From: Fibrobacterales bacterium
GTDB lineage: Bacteria > Fibrobacterota > Fibrobacteria > Fibrobacterales > JAOPTW01
Direction of reading: 5' to 3'
Assembly (NCBI GenBank): GCA_051532035.1
Contig: JAOPTW010000010.1
Location: 8,382 to 72,381 of the forward strand
Length of the DNA stretch: 64,000 bases
The number at the start of each line of letters is the position of its first letter. Position 1 is the first letter of the stretch. The translations under genes were made by a program, and so were the position numbers. Below the pieces are notes generated by a model. That model was not told the origin of the DNA. It made no database searches and saw only the letters and a program-made list of their open reading frames with translations. This document shows, piece after piece, positions 47,772-58,139 of the stretch.

Positions 47772-49574
47772 ATGAACAGCCCTACAGAAAATATCAGAAA
47801 TTTTTCAATCATTGCCCATATTGATCATGGAAAGTCGACACTTGCCGACCGACTCATCGAAACAACCCAGACCGTTCAAAAAATGAACATGCAAGCGCAG
47901 CTTCTTGACGACATGGAACTCGAGCGAGAACGGGGAATTACGATTAAGTCACATGCCATTAAAATGAATTACACAAGAAATGGTACAACCTATCAGCTCA
48001 ATATGATTGACACTCCAGGTCACGTTGATTTTACCTATGAAGTATCGCGGTCTTTAGCAGCGTGTGAAGGTGCAATTCTCATTGTTGACGCGACTCAAGG
48101 TATCGAAGCACAAACCCTTTCGAATCTCTACCTTGCCCTCGATAATAATCTAGAAATTCTGCCCGTCATTAATAAAATCGACCTTCCGAGTGCGATGCCC
48201 GACGAAATTGCCGAAAAAGTAGCCGATCTTATTGGGTGCGACCCTAGCGACATTCCTCAGATTTCTGCAAAGAATGGTATCGGCATCGAAACAGTATTAG
48301 ATAAAATTATCGATGTTATTCCTGCACCCTCTGGCGACCCAAAGGCACCGCTTAAAGCGCTTATATTTGACTCAATCTACGATTCGTATCGTGGTGTCAT
48401 CTCTTATATCCGTGTATTTGAAGGGACTATTGCTGCGAAAAAGCCATTTGTATCCATGATGACCGGTTCCGAATATATGTGTTCTGAACTCGGAACCTTT
48501 TCAATGAAAAGAGATGCACAGAAGCAGCTTTCTGCGGGAGAGGTTGGCTATATTCAAGCAAATATTAAAGATATTGGCGATGTTAAGATTGGTGACACAC
48601 TTACCAACTTAGACAACCCTGCTACCGAAGCACTCACTGGATACAAAGAAATTCAACCCATGATCTTTTCTGGTATTTATCCAGTTGATCCTGATGATTA
48701 TAAGGTCCTTCGAGAAGCCCTTGAAAAGTTAAAACTTAATGACGCAGCCCTCTCTTGGGAGCCTGAAACGTCTGAAGCACTTGGATTTGGCTTCAGATCT
48801 GGATTTCTTGGTCTTCTCCATATGGAAATCGTTCAAGAACGGCTTGATCGCGAATTTAATGTAAATATTATTACTACTATGCCCAATGTGGAGTACCATG
48901 TCCACATGAGAGATGGTTCAATGCTAAAAATTGAAAACCCATCAAAACTCCCTGATTCAGGTAAATATGAGTACATTGAGGAGCCGTATATCTCTGCTCA
49001 GATATTTACTCCTAAAGATTATGTGGGAACCATTATGAAGCTCTCGGAAGATAAACGCGGGAATTTTGTAAACATGGACTACATAGATGAAACTAAAGTA
49101 AATCTTAAATATGAATTCCCTCTGGGTGAAATAATGTTTGATTTTTATGATAAACTTAAATCTATATCTCAAGGCTATGCCGGTTTTGACTATGAGCCTA
49201 TTGAATATAGACGGTCTGACTTAGTAAAACTCGATACGCTTCTCAATAATGAAACAGTAGATGCGTTTTCTCACATTATCCACAAAGACAAAGCCTACTA
49301 TCACGGACAAGCACTCTGTACCAAATTAAAAGAGCTTATACCGCGACAACAATTTGATGTGCCGATTCAATCAGCAGTAGGTACCCGTATTATTTCTCGA
49401 TCAACGGTTAAAGCATTGCGTAAAAATGTTACCGCAAAATGTTATGGGGGAGACATCTCACGTAAGAGAAAACTCCTTGAGAAACAGAAAGAGGGTAAAA
49501 AGCGTATGAAATCTGTTGGTACAGTAGAGGTACCACAGGAAGCATTTTTGGCAGTCCTTAAACTTGACGATTAA
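47772..49574 (+). CDS. lepA: Elongation factor 4 (LepA)
   Basis: [53 protein letters not shown]. Confidence 0.99.
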   Translation: MNSPTENIRNFSIIAHIDHGKSTLADRLIETTQTVQKMNMQAQLLDDMELERERGITIKSHAIKMNYTRNGTTYQLNMIDTPGHVDFTYEVSRSLAACEGAILIVDATQGIEAQTLSNLYLALDNNLEILPVINKIDLPSAMPDEIAEKVADLIGCDPSDIPQISAKNGIGIETVLDKIIDVIPAPSGDPKAPLKALIFDSIYDSYRGVISYIRVFEGTIAAKKPFVSMMTGSEYMCSELGTFSMKRDAQKQLSAGEVGYIQANIKDIGDVKIGDTLTNLDNPATEALTGYKEIQPMIFSGIYPVDPDDYKVLREALEKLKLNDAALSWEPETSEALGFGFRSGFLGLLHMEIVQERLDREFNVNIITTMPNVEYHVHMRDGSMLKIENPSKLPDSGKYEYIEEPYISAQIFTPKDYVGTIMKLSEDKRGNFVNMDYIDETKVNLKYEFPLGEIMFDFYDKLKSISQGYAGFDYEPIEYRRSDLVKLDTLLNNETVDAFSHIIHKDKAYYHGQALCTKLKELIPRQQFDVPIQSAVGTRIISRSTVKALRKNVTAKCYGGDISRKRKLLEKQKEGKKRMKSVGTVEVPQEAFLAVLKLDD

Positions 49575-49587
49575 TACTGGAGCATAT

Positions 49588-49857
49588 ATGTCTACTATCC
49601 AAAACTATAGAGATGAAATTGATGAAATTGAAAAACAACTTCTTACCATTCTTAATCGAAGAGCTGAGCTTGCTATAAAAATTGGTGAAATTAAACGAGT
49701 CGATGATATCCCAATATTTGACCCAATCCGCGAAGATGAAATTTTAGATAGAGTCGCTGGCAACAACCCAGGACCCCTATCAACCGAATCAATCAAAGAG
49801 ATATTTTTAACTATTATTACTCATACTAGAAACCTTGAAGCCGAGCATAATTCGTGA
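49588..49857 (+). CDS. Chorismate mutase (AroQ type)
   Basis: IQNYRDEIDEI..LNRRA..IGEIK..FDPIREDEIL; start set to the ATG after GGAG. Confidence 0.88.
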   Translation: MSTIQNYRDEIDEIEKQLLTILNRRAELAIKIGEIKRVDDIPIFDPIREDEILDRVAGNNPGPLSTESIKEIFLTIITHTRNLEAEHNS

Positions 49858-51002
49858 AGAACGGGAGCAGTGAAAAAACCATAGTGATTGTAGGCCTCGG
49901 CCTACTTGGTAGTTCTATTGCCCTCAATTTAAAACATCAGAATAGTAAAAGTTCATTCTACAAGGTTATTGGTATATCTCGCGATGTCACTATTGCAAAA
50001 GCTACTGATCAAAAACTCATCGATGAAGGCTATACCTATGATCAGCTCAGTGAGTGGAAATCTAAAGCTGATCTGATAATACTCTGCACTCCCATTACTC
50101 ACATAATGAACTTCATGAAAACCCTTGCAGAGGACAGTACCCCATTCAAATCTGGTGCAATCATCACTGATGTTGGCAGTACTAAAAAAGAGTTGTGTGA
50201 ACTGGGGCAAAAATTATATCCTAAAAGTTCGAACAGTGCACTCTTTATAGGCAGTCACCCTATGGCAGGATCTGAAAAAACGGGAATTGATGCACAAGAG
50301 TCAACGCTCTACGAAAACAGTTACTGGATTCTCTGCCCACCATCAGCAACAGACCCTTCTGAATATAGTCTGCTTACGACTATAGTAGAAGCACTGGGGA
50401 GCCATATTGTTACCATTAATGCCGCCGAACACGATGCAGTAATGGGTCGCTTAAGTCACTCAGTACAGATTATATCAAGCGCACTTGCTCACTCCTTTGG
50501 CAACCAAACAGCGGTCTCTCAAGATTCGCTTCAGCTTGCAGGGAGAGCCTTTAGAGACATGACTCGCATAGCAGCATCAGGTTACTCAATGTGGGAGAGT
50601 ATCTTTAAAACAAATAGAACCGAAACAGTTGCAGCACTTGAGGGTTTTCAGCAAAGTCTTGCTGATTTTAAAGCATGCCTCGAGTCAGATGAAATCGATA
50701 AATCAAAGCTTGAATCACTTTTTTCTCTTGGTGCAGATGTACGTTCCCATGTCTCGAACCCGGGCAAAGGGTTCTCTCATGGACTCTGTGAACTTATTGT
50801 CACTATGGAGGACCAGCCTGGCATGATTGCCTCCATAGTAACTCCTCTCAGTAGTGCAGGCATAAACATACGAGATATAGAACTACTCAAAGTACGAGAA
50901 GGCGTTGGAGGAACACTCCTTCTTGGATTTGACACCCAAAATGAAGCCACAGAGGCTCAGGAACTGTTATTAGGTAAAAACATAACCAGTAGATTGAGGT
51001 AA
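49854..51002 (+). CDS. tyrA: Prephenate/arogenate dehydrogenase with C-terminal ACT domain
   Basis: VGLGLLGSS, TDVGSTK, GSHPMAGSE, HD, FRDMTRIA, DQPGMIA...INIRDIE. Confidence 0.92.
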   Translation: MKNGSSEKTIVIVGLGLLGSSIALNLKHQNSKSSFYKVIGISRDVTIAKATDQKLIDEGYTYDQLSEWKSKADLIILCTPITHIMNFMKTLAEDSTPFKSGAIITDVGSTKKELCELGQKLYPKSSNSALFIGSHPMAGSEKTGIDAQESTLYENSYWILCPPSATDPSEYSLLTTIVEALGSHIVTINAAEHDAVMGRLSHSVQIISSALAHSFGNQTAVSQDSLQLAGRAFRDMTRIAASGYSMWESIFKTNRTETVAALEGFQQSLADFKACLESDEIDKSKLESLFSLGADVRSHVSNPGKGFSHGLCELIVTMEDQPGMIASIVTPLSSAGINIRDIELLKVREGVGGTLLLGFDTQNEATEAQELLLGKNITSRLR

Positions 51003-51003
51003 C

Positions 51004-52347
51004 ATGGAGATACAAAAGTCAAAAAAAATGGTCGGTACCATTTCTCTTCAAAATGATCGCGAGATGACACTCAATACCTTGATTATTGCGTCCCTCTGTA
51101 ATGAAACAACAGAAATCAAAAACTTTTTCCTTCCACAATCACTCACTCCTTTTTTGACGATATTACAGAACATTGGCGTGAAAACCACATTTGTGAAAGA
51201 TACTCTTATAGTTGAAGGTACTGGTATTCAACCACGTACACTCGGTGATGTTGAATTAACACTTCTTGATTCTGACTATGCAAATGCACTCCTTATTACT
51301 TATATTGGCGCCCAACACTTTGACTTTCTCCATATTGCAGGGAGTGAAATTCAAAAAGAATCTTCAAAAACGCTCATTGGGAACCTCCCCTATCTCATCA
51401 TTGGAGAAGAAAATGAACGTGGGTATTTTGTTACGAAAGAGAGTGACTATATTCACCGTGATACGGTTAAGTCAACTCACTATATCCATAAAGCACAACG
51501 CATCCTTTCGGCCCTCATTAATCAGCAGTCATTGACTCTTTCGGAAAAAGCCCCCCTGAGAGACCAACTGGTCAACACCATGAAAGCATTTAATGCCCCG
51601 ATTGATATTGAACGTACTGGTTTTCAGGTCTATGAAACAGAGCTTGAACGTCGTATGGCACAACTGAGTAAAGTTAAAGTGGAGAAAGAGGTTAAGACAA
51701 CTCTCAAACCCGCTCAGTCACTGACACCTCGTAAAATTGAACTTTTTGGTGACCCTACCCTTGCAGCCTACTTTGCTGTTGCAGCGTTACTGATACCTGC
51801 ATCTGACCTCTCAATTGAAAATGTACTCGCAAGCTCAACCCGATCAGGCGTATTTAATGCCCTCAGAAGGTTTGGTGCCAATGTTGAGATCACTAAAAAA
51901 CGAGAAAAACATGGTGAGTCTTATTGTACCGTTAAGGTCAAATATTCAAAGACCTTAGTGGGCCGTAAGTTTGGCGGCGATGCCACTCCATCTTACTATG
52001 AAGAGATCCCTTTTATTGCAGTGGTAGCCTCGTTTGCTCAGGGTGAATCTATTATTAGAAACCTGCCAGAAGGCGACCCAATCATAAATAAAATTGTTAC
52101 CAATTTAAGACTGGCTGGTGTTGATGTTGGGGAAATAGAAGATGGATTAGTTATCCGAGGCCGGCTTGAGTGTGATGCTTCAAATTTTGATGCCTACAAC
52201 ATTCCCGTTCTTGCTCTTGCCCTCCATGCTCTTGCGATTACATGCCATGGGGGATCGACCTTAATTAATGGAGAAGATGAGATACTCTCTCTCTTTCCTC
52301 ATTACATGAATGATTTTTCCAAGGAGGAGCTTGATGAAGTTCAATAG
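51004..52347 (+). CDS. EPSP synthase (AroA)-fold protein lacking catalytic motifs
   Basis: GDPTLAAYFAVAALL, TRSG..L.RFGA, EIPFIAVVASFAQGESII, DGLVIRG match class II AroA, and it sits after tyrA. KS..HR, KESDR and DHR motifs are absent. Confidence 0.75.
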   Translation: MEIQKSKKMVGTISLQNDREMTLNTLIIASLCNETTEIKNFFLPQSLTPFLTILQNIGVKTTFVKDTLIVEGTGIQPRTLGDVELTLLDSDYANALLITYIGAQHFDFLHIAGSEIQKESSKTLIGNLPYLIIGEENERGYFVTKESDYIHRDTVKSTHYIHKAQRILSALINQQSLTLSEKAPLRDQLVNTMKAFNAPIDIERTGFQVYETELERRMAQLSKVKVEKEVKTTLKPAQSLTPRKIELFGDPTLAAYFAVAALLIPASDLSIENVLASSTRSGVFNALRRFGANVEITKKREKHGESYCTVKVKYSKTLVGRKFGGDATPSYYEEIPFIAVVASFAQGESIIRNLPEGDPIINKIVTNLRLAGVDVGEIEDGLVIRGRLECDASNFDAYNIPVLALALHALAITCHGGSTLINGEDEILSLFPHYMNDFSKEELDEVQ

Positions 52348-53200
52348 TATTGGTGTTGTTGCCTATTCGAATGACCCTTTATTGGGTAAAGCTCTTGATA
52401 CTATCGTATCATGGTCCAAAAAGCAGGACAATCTTCGTATTATGATACAGGAGCATATTGAGTATAGCTCTGATGATGTCGAATTAACTAAAGACGATGA
52501 TATTCGTGAAGCAGATGTTATTATCTCTATTGGTGGTGATGGTACCTTTCTCACCGCAGCTCGTATTGTTGCAGGTAAAGAGACCCCCATTCTTGGTATT
52601 AATTTAGGTACCGTAGGTTTTTTGACCGATTACCCTATAACCTTTCTTGAAGATGCCCTTAAAGACCTCAAACGTAAAGAATTTAAAGTTCGTGATAGAA
52701 TTATGCTTAACCTGACAATAATTGACAAGGATAAGATTCTATATTCTAACTATGCCCTTAATGAAGTCCTGCTTAAGCCAGTTAAATCCCAAATGAATAA
52801 TCTCTCAGTCACTATTGATGATAAACATTTGACCGTCTACAAAGCCGATTCATTAATGATATCGACTCCTACTGGTTCAACAGCCTACAATTTGGCTGCA
52901 GGCGGCCCTATTGTCTACCCTAAGACACAGGCGCTTATAATTAATCCTATCAACCCCTCATCGTTGACCGTTCGCCCCATGATTATTCCGGCAGAATCAG
53001 AGATCACCATCACTGAAGCTAAATCAGAACCGTTACAACTTGTAATGGATGGACGTGTGACCTTTACGATGAAAAAGGGGTGTACTATCATTATAAAGAA
53101 AAGTAAATGGTGTACCCGAATAGTACGTTCACCGCAATATGGATTTATGGACGCCCTCAAAGATAAACTAGGCTGGTCGGGCCAACCCCACATCAATTAA
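52334..53200 (+). CDS. nadK: NAD+ kinase
   Basis: GGDGTFL, GINLGTVGFL, ALNE, STPTGSTAYNLAAGGP; ATG after AGGAGG; nadK-recN synteny. Confidence 0.95.
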   Translation: MKFNSIGVVAYSNDPLLGKALDTIVSWSKKQDNLRIMIQEHIEYSSDDVELTKDDDIREADVIISIGGDGTFLTAARIVAGKETPILGINLGTVGFLTDYPITFLEDALKDLKRKEFKVRDRIMLNLTIIDKDKILYSNYALNEVLLKPVKSQMNNLSVTIDDKHLTVYKADSLMISTPTGSTAYNLAAGGPIVYPKTQALIINPINPSSLTVRPMIIPAESEITITEAKSEPLQLVMDGRVTFTMKKGCTIIIKKSKWCTRIVRSPQYGFMDALKDKLGWSGQPHIN

Positions 53201-53212
53201 AGGAAATGAGCA

Positions 53213-54871
53213 ATGTTAGTAGAGCTTAAAATTAAAAACCTTGTGCTTATAGAGGAGCTCACACTCAACTTCAAAAATGGCCTTGTTGCAGTAACCGGTG
53301 AGACCGGTGCTGGTAAGTCTATTTTTCTCTCATCTCTAAAACTTCTGAGCGGTATCAAAGCAAGTAGCCAGATGATCCGCCAAGGAACTGACAAAACGAC
53401 TGTTGAAGGTACCTTTAACATCAGTGACTTTCCCGAGATTAAAACCTACCTAAAAGCAATTGATATTGAAGATGATGACGAAATTATTATCCATAGAGAA
53501 ATATTTGCAAACGGTAAATCAAAAGCACGGATCAATGGAACGCTTGTTAATTTGGGTGACTTGCAGAAGTTAGGGCCCCAATTGATTCAGCTTCATGGTC
53601 AAAGTGAGCAGACACTTCTCAAGGATATTAAAACTCATATAGATGTTCTTGATAATTACGGTCAACACAGTTCACTTTTAGAAAAATATAGCACTGAGTA
53701 TCGGGCTGTTCAAAAAATTCAACGGAAGTTAGATGACCTCTCTGCCCAAGTCAAAAGCCTTGCGGAACAGGAAGATTTTTTAAAGTTTCAGTTTAAAGAA
53801 CTCGAAGATGCTGACCTTAAAGAAAATGAAGATGTTGAGATTGAATCAATTCTGTCGGAACTGGGGAATTTTGAAGATATCAGTCGATTGAAGAATGAGT
53901 CTGAATACCTTCTTGATACCGCACAAGAGAGTATCCTTTCAAAATTAAGCTCACTACAACAGATGGTCATGAAGCTTGATGGCTTTTCTGATAACTTTAG
54001 TGAAACACCACAACTGGTACAAAGCCTCATAGAAGGTGCAGAAGAACTAAAAATAAAACTTCAGTCAGTTGATGTTACCAGTGAATACTCCCCATCCCAG
54101 ATTGATACTTTTAACAGTCGTCTTTCAAAAATTCAACGTCTCCAACGAAAATTTAAAACTGATGTAGCAGGACTTATAGAACTCCGTGAAAAGAGACGTG
54201 CAGAGATTGAGTCTATTAGCAATCAAGAGATCTCATTTAAAGATCTTGAGTTTGAAATTATAGAGAAAAAGAAAGTACTGACTGCACTTGCACTTAAAAT
54301 TTCTAACGCTCGGAAAAAATCTGCCAAAATACTGGATTCAGAGATCCAAGGTAATCTCAATAGCCTTGGCATGGAAGGCGCGACCTTCTTAACACAAATT
54401 ATCGACAGTGAAAGCTTTGGCCCTCATGGTAAAGATAGTGTAGAATTTTATATTTCACCCAATGTTGGTGAAGGTGCAAAACCACTAAAATCGACTTTGA
54501 GCGGTGGTGAGCTTTCACGATTTATGCTCAGCTTAAAATCGGCACTTGCCCAACGCGATAAAGTACCCGTACTCGTCTTTGATGAAGTTGATAGTGGTAT
54601 CGGGGGGAATATTGCTCACAATATTGCTGAATGCCTTAATACCCTTGGTCTCTATCATCAAGTATTTGCCATAACACACCTCCATCAGATTGCCGGTAAA
54701 GCGCGCCATCAGATCCAGGTTAAAAAACAGACTATTGATAGCAGAACACATACAACAGTTGTTACATTAACGAAAGAAGAACGCATCGAAGAGATTGCAC
54801 GCATGATGGGGGGGCAAGATTCCGAAGCAATTCGTGGTCATGCTGAAGAACTCATTGAAAAAGCGGTGTAA
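53213..54871 (+). CDS. recN: DNA repair protein RecN
   Basis: TGETGAGKS, LSGGELSR, FDEVDSGIGG, ITHLHQIA, EIARM. Confidence 0.97.
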   Translation: MLVELKIKNLVLIEELTLNFKNGLVAVTGETGAGKSIFLSSLKLLSGIKASSQMIRQGTDKTTVEGTFNISDFPEIKTYLKAIDIEDDDEIIIHREIFANGKSKARINGTLVNLGDLQKLGPQLIQLHGQSEQTLLKDIKTHIDVLDNYGQHSSLLEKYSTEYRAVQKIQRKLDDLSAQVKSLAEQEDFLKFQFKELEDADLKENEDVEIESILSELGNFEDISRLKNESEYLLDTAQESILSKLSSLQQMVMKLDGFSDNFSETPQLVQSLIEGAEELKIKLQSVDVTSEYSPSQIDTFNSRLSKIQRLQRKFKTDVAGLIELREKRRAEIESISNQEISFKDLEFEIIEKKKVLTALALKISNARKKSAKILDSEIQGNLNSLGMEGATFLTQIIDSESFGPHGKDSVEFYISPNVGEGAKPLKSTLSGGELSRFMLSLKSALAQRDKVPVLVFDEVDSGIGGNIAHNIAECLNTLGLYHQVFAITHLHQIAGKARHQIQVKKQTIDSRTHTTVVTLTKEERIEEIARMMGGQDSEAIRGHAEELIEKAV

Positions 54872-54888
54872 TTAAATAGGTTTGTCCC

Positions 54889-56049
54889 ATGAATGATACA
54901 CACTTGAAACCCAAACGTCTTAAGGGACGCATCTGGTGGATTACTCGCCTCACCCTGTTCCTTCCTATTCTCTATTTTATCTCAATGGGTCAACGCTGGG
55001 AGGCTTTTGCTGGCCTTATGATTATGCTTGGCATGGGGTATTACTCAGCTTTTCAATTGAAATATGGTGAGATTGAAAAGCCCTATTACAAATTGTGGCT
55101 CAATATAATTGAAGCCTTTCTCTCTGTAGGAGTTCTCAGTTATATCCTCTTTATCTACCTCAAAGACCCCGAAAAAATGATTCCCGGGTTTCTCATTGGT
55201 GGTATTTCACTCTTAGTAGTTCGCATTATAAGTTTCACCATATTTACTATTGCTCTCATTCGTGAGAATAAACCACTCCACAATTCCCGTTTTTGGTCAA
55301 AAGTCTGCAAACTCTCTATCATTGCAACAACAAGTGTCTACGTACTGGATATCGATAATTTTAAAGAGATCGCCATGGGGCTCACCATATTGCTCCTTCT
55401 TGCCTCGTCTCTTGCCTACCTGTATGGCTATTATCGCGACCCTGATCATAGAAAACCCCTCAGTATAGCCTCTCAAATTACCGTAAGTCGCATTGTACTC
55501 ACTCCTGTATTTATCCCCGTATTTTTCTACGACAACAACTTTAATTTTGAAGACAACAACAGTGTTTTTAAATGGCTTGCTCTTCTCATGGTCATAGTCT
55601 TCATGGCTACAGACTTTTTGGACGGGTATATAGCTCGGAAAATGAATGAGGTATCAACCTTAGGCAAATACCTCGACCCTTTCTCTGACAAGATATCAAA
55701 TATGACCATCTTTATGTGTTTCATGGTGTCGGGATATGCTTCTGTTTGGATGATTGCCCTCATATATTTTAGAGAGGCGAGTGTAGAAACACTGAGAACA
55801 CTTGCAGCCAACGAAGGTATCGTCATTTCAGCACGTCGCAGTGGCAAATGGAAAACAGCAATTCAAGGTGCTGGTGTCATGTGGATTCTTATTGGTGCCT
55901 TAGATATTGTACACACGTCAGTCCCTAATTGGTCTACCATTTGGAACTATTACCCCTATGCAATTATGTCAGTCATCACCATCGTGACTATGCTTTCGGG
56001 GATAGACTATTTTGTATCAAATAAAGCAGTCTTAAAGAAGTACCTTTAG
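54889..56049 (+). CDS. pgsA: CDP-alcohol phosphatidyltransferase (PgsA-like) with extra N-terminal membrane domain
   Basis: C-terminal half TDFLDGYIARKMNEVSTLGKYLDPFSDK, RE..V..LR, GKWKT. Confidence 0.8.
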   Translation: MNDTHLKPKRLKGRIWWITRLTLFLPILYFISMGQRWEAFAGLMIMLGMGYYSAFQLKYGEIEKPYYKLWLNIIEAFLSVGVLSYILFIYLKDPEKMIPGFLIGGISLLVVRIISFTIFTIALIRENKPLHNSRFWSKVCKLSIIATTSVYVLDIDNFKEIAMGLTILLLLASSLAYLYGYYRDPDHRKPLSIASQITVSRIVLTPVFIPVFFYDNNFNFEDNNSVFKWLALLMVIVFMATDFLDGYIARKMNEVSTLGKYLDPFSDKISNMTIFMCFMVSGYASVWMIALIYFREASVETLRTLAANEGIVISARRSGKWKTAIQGAGVMWILIGALDIVHTSVPNWSTIWNYYPYAIMSVITIVTMLSGIDYFVSNKAVLKKYL

Positions 56050-56058
56050 CGGTCAACT

Positions 56059-56427
56059 ATGGAAGCTTTAGGACGACATAGTATCGTAGAATTTTACGAC
56101 TGCACCTTTGAAGCGCTCTGTGATCATGCCGTTTTAGAGCAACAAATGGTTACAGCTGCAGAAAAGAGTGGCGCTACCGTAGTGAGCAGTAATTTCCACA
56201 CATTTAACCCTTATGGGGTCAGCGGGGTTGTTGTAATTGCAGAATCCCACCTTACCATACATACATGGCCCGAGCACAATTATGCCGCTGTAGACATCTT
56301 TACCTGTGGCTCAACCCTTGAAGCAAGTCATGCTATTGATTATTTGACATCAGTACTGGGGAGTAGTCGAGTAACGACTGAGGAGCTCAAACGCGGTATT
56401 GCATTAGGCGTTGCTCAGCACCCATAA
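56059..56427 (+). CDS. speD: S-adenosylmethionine decarboxylase proenzyme
   Basis: GRH, FNPYGVSGVVVIAESHLTIHTWPE (E/S autocleavage site), DIFTCG. Confidence 0.95.
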   Translation: MEALGRHSIVEFYDCTFEALCDHAVLEQQMVTAAEKSGATVVSSNFHTFNPYGVSGVVVIAESHLTIHTWPEHNYAAVDIFTCGSTLEASHAIDYLTSVLGSSRVTTEELKRGIALGVAQHP

Positions 56428-56437
56428 CACTCTGGTT

Positions 56438-57025
56438 TCACTCCCCTTGGGCGATTACGAGCAGTGCATCAGGGTCAACACTCTGGCCAAGAGCAGCTTC
56501 AAATTCACCATCCCAATATTCAATCGTTATGGTTTTTGATTCAGAATCATCAGAAAAATTCCAATAGTTATGTTCTTCACTCGTAAGTGACATCCCTCGA
56601 AAGAAGTTTGCACACCCATACTCTTCGAAAAAGTATTCAGTGTCATCAAAAAAGAAGCTCCCACTTTCGTTCTCTATAAAACGATCAAGGTCTTTAGAAA
56701 CAACATTGAGTTCGCGCATAGTAGGGAACTGTGTATAATGAGTCATAGATATCTCGTCATCCTCATCCCACTCTAAAAAAGAGTTTTGGGCAGTAACAAG
56801 ACTTTTCAGTTTGAGCTCATACCACTCATCACCACCATCAGCATATCCATTTTTTTCGGTTACCAAATAAAAGTGCTTATTAAGAGTAATAGTATCCCCC
56901 TCTTTAACCACTTTAACAGACAATCGAGGACGTTCACTAGGGAGAACCACACCATTGATGGTGCGGATATCAGAGATGAGCTTTTTGACTGTTTTTCTTT
57001 TCATATCATTACTCGTTTGAGTCAT
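56438..57025 (-). CDS. DUF4178-like domain protein
   Basis: GD.I, EWYEL, FLEWDEDDE, YWNFSDD..TITIEYWDGEFEAALG pattern and speE/DUF350 context. Confidence 0.7.
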   Translation of the reverse strand: MTQTSNDMKRKTVKKLISDIRTINGVVLPSERPRLSVKVVKEGDTITLNKHFYLVTEKNGYADGGDEWYELKLKSLVTAQNSFLEWDEDDEISMTHYTQFPTMRELNVVSKDLDRFIENESGSFFFDDTEYFFEEYGCANFFRGMSLTSEEHNYWNFSDDSESKTITIEYWDGEFEAALGQSVDPDALLVIAQGE

Positions 57026-58109
57026 TACTCAATTGTGGCGATGTGGTTGTGTTGTGGAGGGCTTTTTGACGTACAGAAAGGTCACTCGAAAGTGTATTCA
57101 GTGTTTTAATTCCCTCTTTCGCTTTGGTGATTCCTTCACTCTTAATCTGATCGAGCTCATCCATACTGGTTACAAGATCATCATACGCCTGCTTCACTTT
57201 ATCGAGATTGAGTACTGGATCTTGATACAGTGCCCCGATTTCTCGAGTATTCTGTTTTATACTTGCAGCATTAGCCGCAAGAAGATCTGATGCATATTCT
57301 TGCGTCGCTTTTGTTGCCTCGAGTGCTTTTTTCTGCTGAACGAGTGCAGCCTGAATACTTAAACCTACGGTAAGAAGGTTTGTCGTAACTGTTAAGGTTC
57401 GGGTAATTGATTGTGCAAGCATTTTGTTATTTGCAACAGTCATATCGATACTCGTAAAAAACTGTAGATTTACCTGTTCGATAGTACGAAGGTCTTGTGT
57501 TCTGATAGCTGCGGCATTAAGAAGATTTTGCAGCAGTCCTTTTTGGGACGGTTCAGTTATTTCGGTAAGATACGACTCAGTTTTTTCAACAAAGAGTTCT
57601 CCTAAAGCCGCCTTCTCCTTTATACGTCCCTGTTGTACCTCTAGTTGATCATAAATTTGCGTAAGATCAATATTATCGCGTTCAAGTTGCTCTTGACCAT
57701 TACGAAGACCACCTACAATAACATCAATCTGATGCTGTACCGTTTCGTATTTTACTGCAATCTGTTTGAGGGCTTTACCTACAACGGGAGTCTTGCCAAG
57801 GAGCCGACCAAAAAAACCTGGTTGTCCAAGTTTATGGGGGTTTAATTCATCCAGTTTATTTCTTAGATCCATGAGTCCTTTAGGGATTGCAGCGCTATCG
57901 CCATCAACCTCTTTAAGGAGTGTGCCTACACGCCCTTTAAGGAGTTCCATTTTACGAGATGACTCTTGCTGCTCTTCCATTCCAAGGTTATCAATATTCT
58001 CTTGAACGGCTTTCTCTTCACCCTTCTGGATACGCTCTATGAGTGCATCAACCTCTTGTTGAATCTTTTCATTACTTTGTGGAACCAGTTCGTTTGCATC
58101 TGTTGTCAT
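57009..58109 (-). CDS. telA: Toxic anion resistance protein TelA family
   Basis: LDELNP..GFFGRLLG..KYETVQHQIDVI..L.RDN, NNKMLAQSI.R, TNLL, ANA..IK. Confidence 0.85.
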   Translation of the reverse strand: MTTDANELVPQSNEKIQQEVDALIERIQKGEEKAVQENIDNLGMEEQQESSRKMELLKGRVGTLLKEVDGDSAAIPKGLMDLRNKLDELNPHKLGQPGFFGRLLGKTPVVGKALKQIAVKYETVQHQIDVIVGGLRNGQEQLERDNIDLTQIYDQLEVQQGRIKEKAALGELFVEKTESYLTEITEPSQKGLLQNLLNAAAIRTQDLRTIEQVNLQFFTSIDMTVANNKMLAQSITRTLTVTTNLLTVGLSIQAALVQQKKALEATKATQEYASDLLAANAASIKQNTREIGALYQDPVLNLDKVKQAYDDLVTSMDELDQIKSEGITKAKEGIKTLNTLSSDLSVRQKALHNTTTSPQLSNDSNE

Positions 58110-58139
58110 AGTTACCTCTTATTACCGGAAGCCACCGGT

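Noticed and set aside
51004..52347. aroA as a decayed pseudogene
   Set aside because: The ORF is full length with no stops or frameshifts and is tightly coupled to its neighbours, so it is treated as a retained pseudoenzyme.
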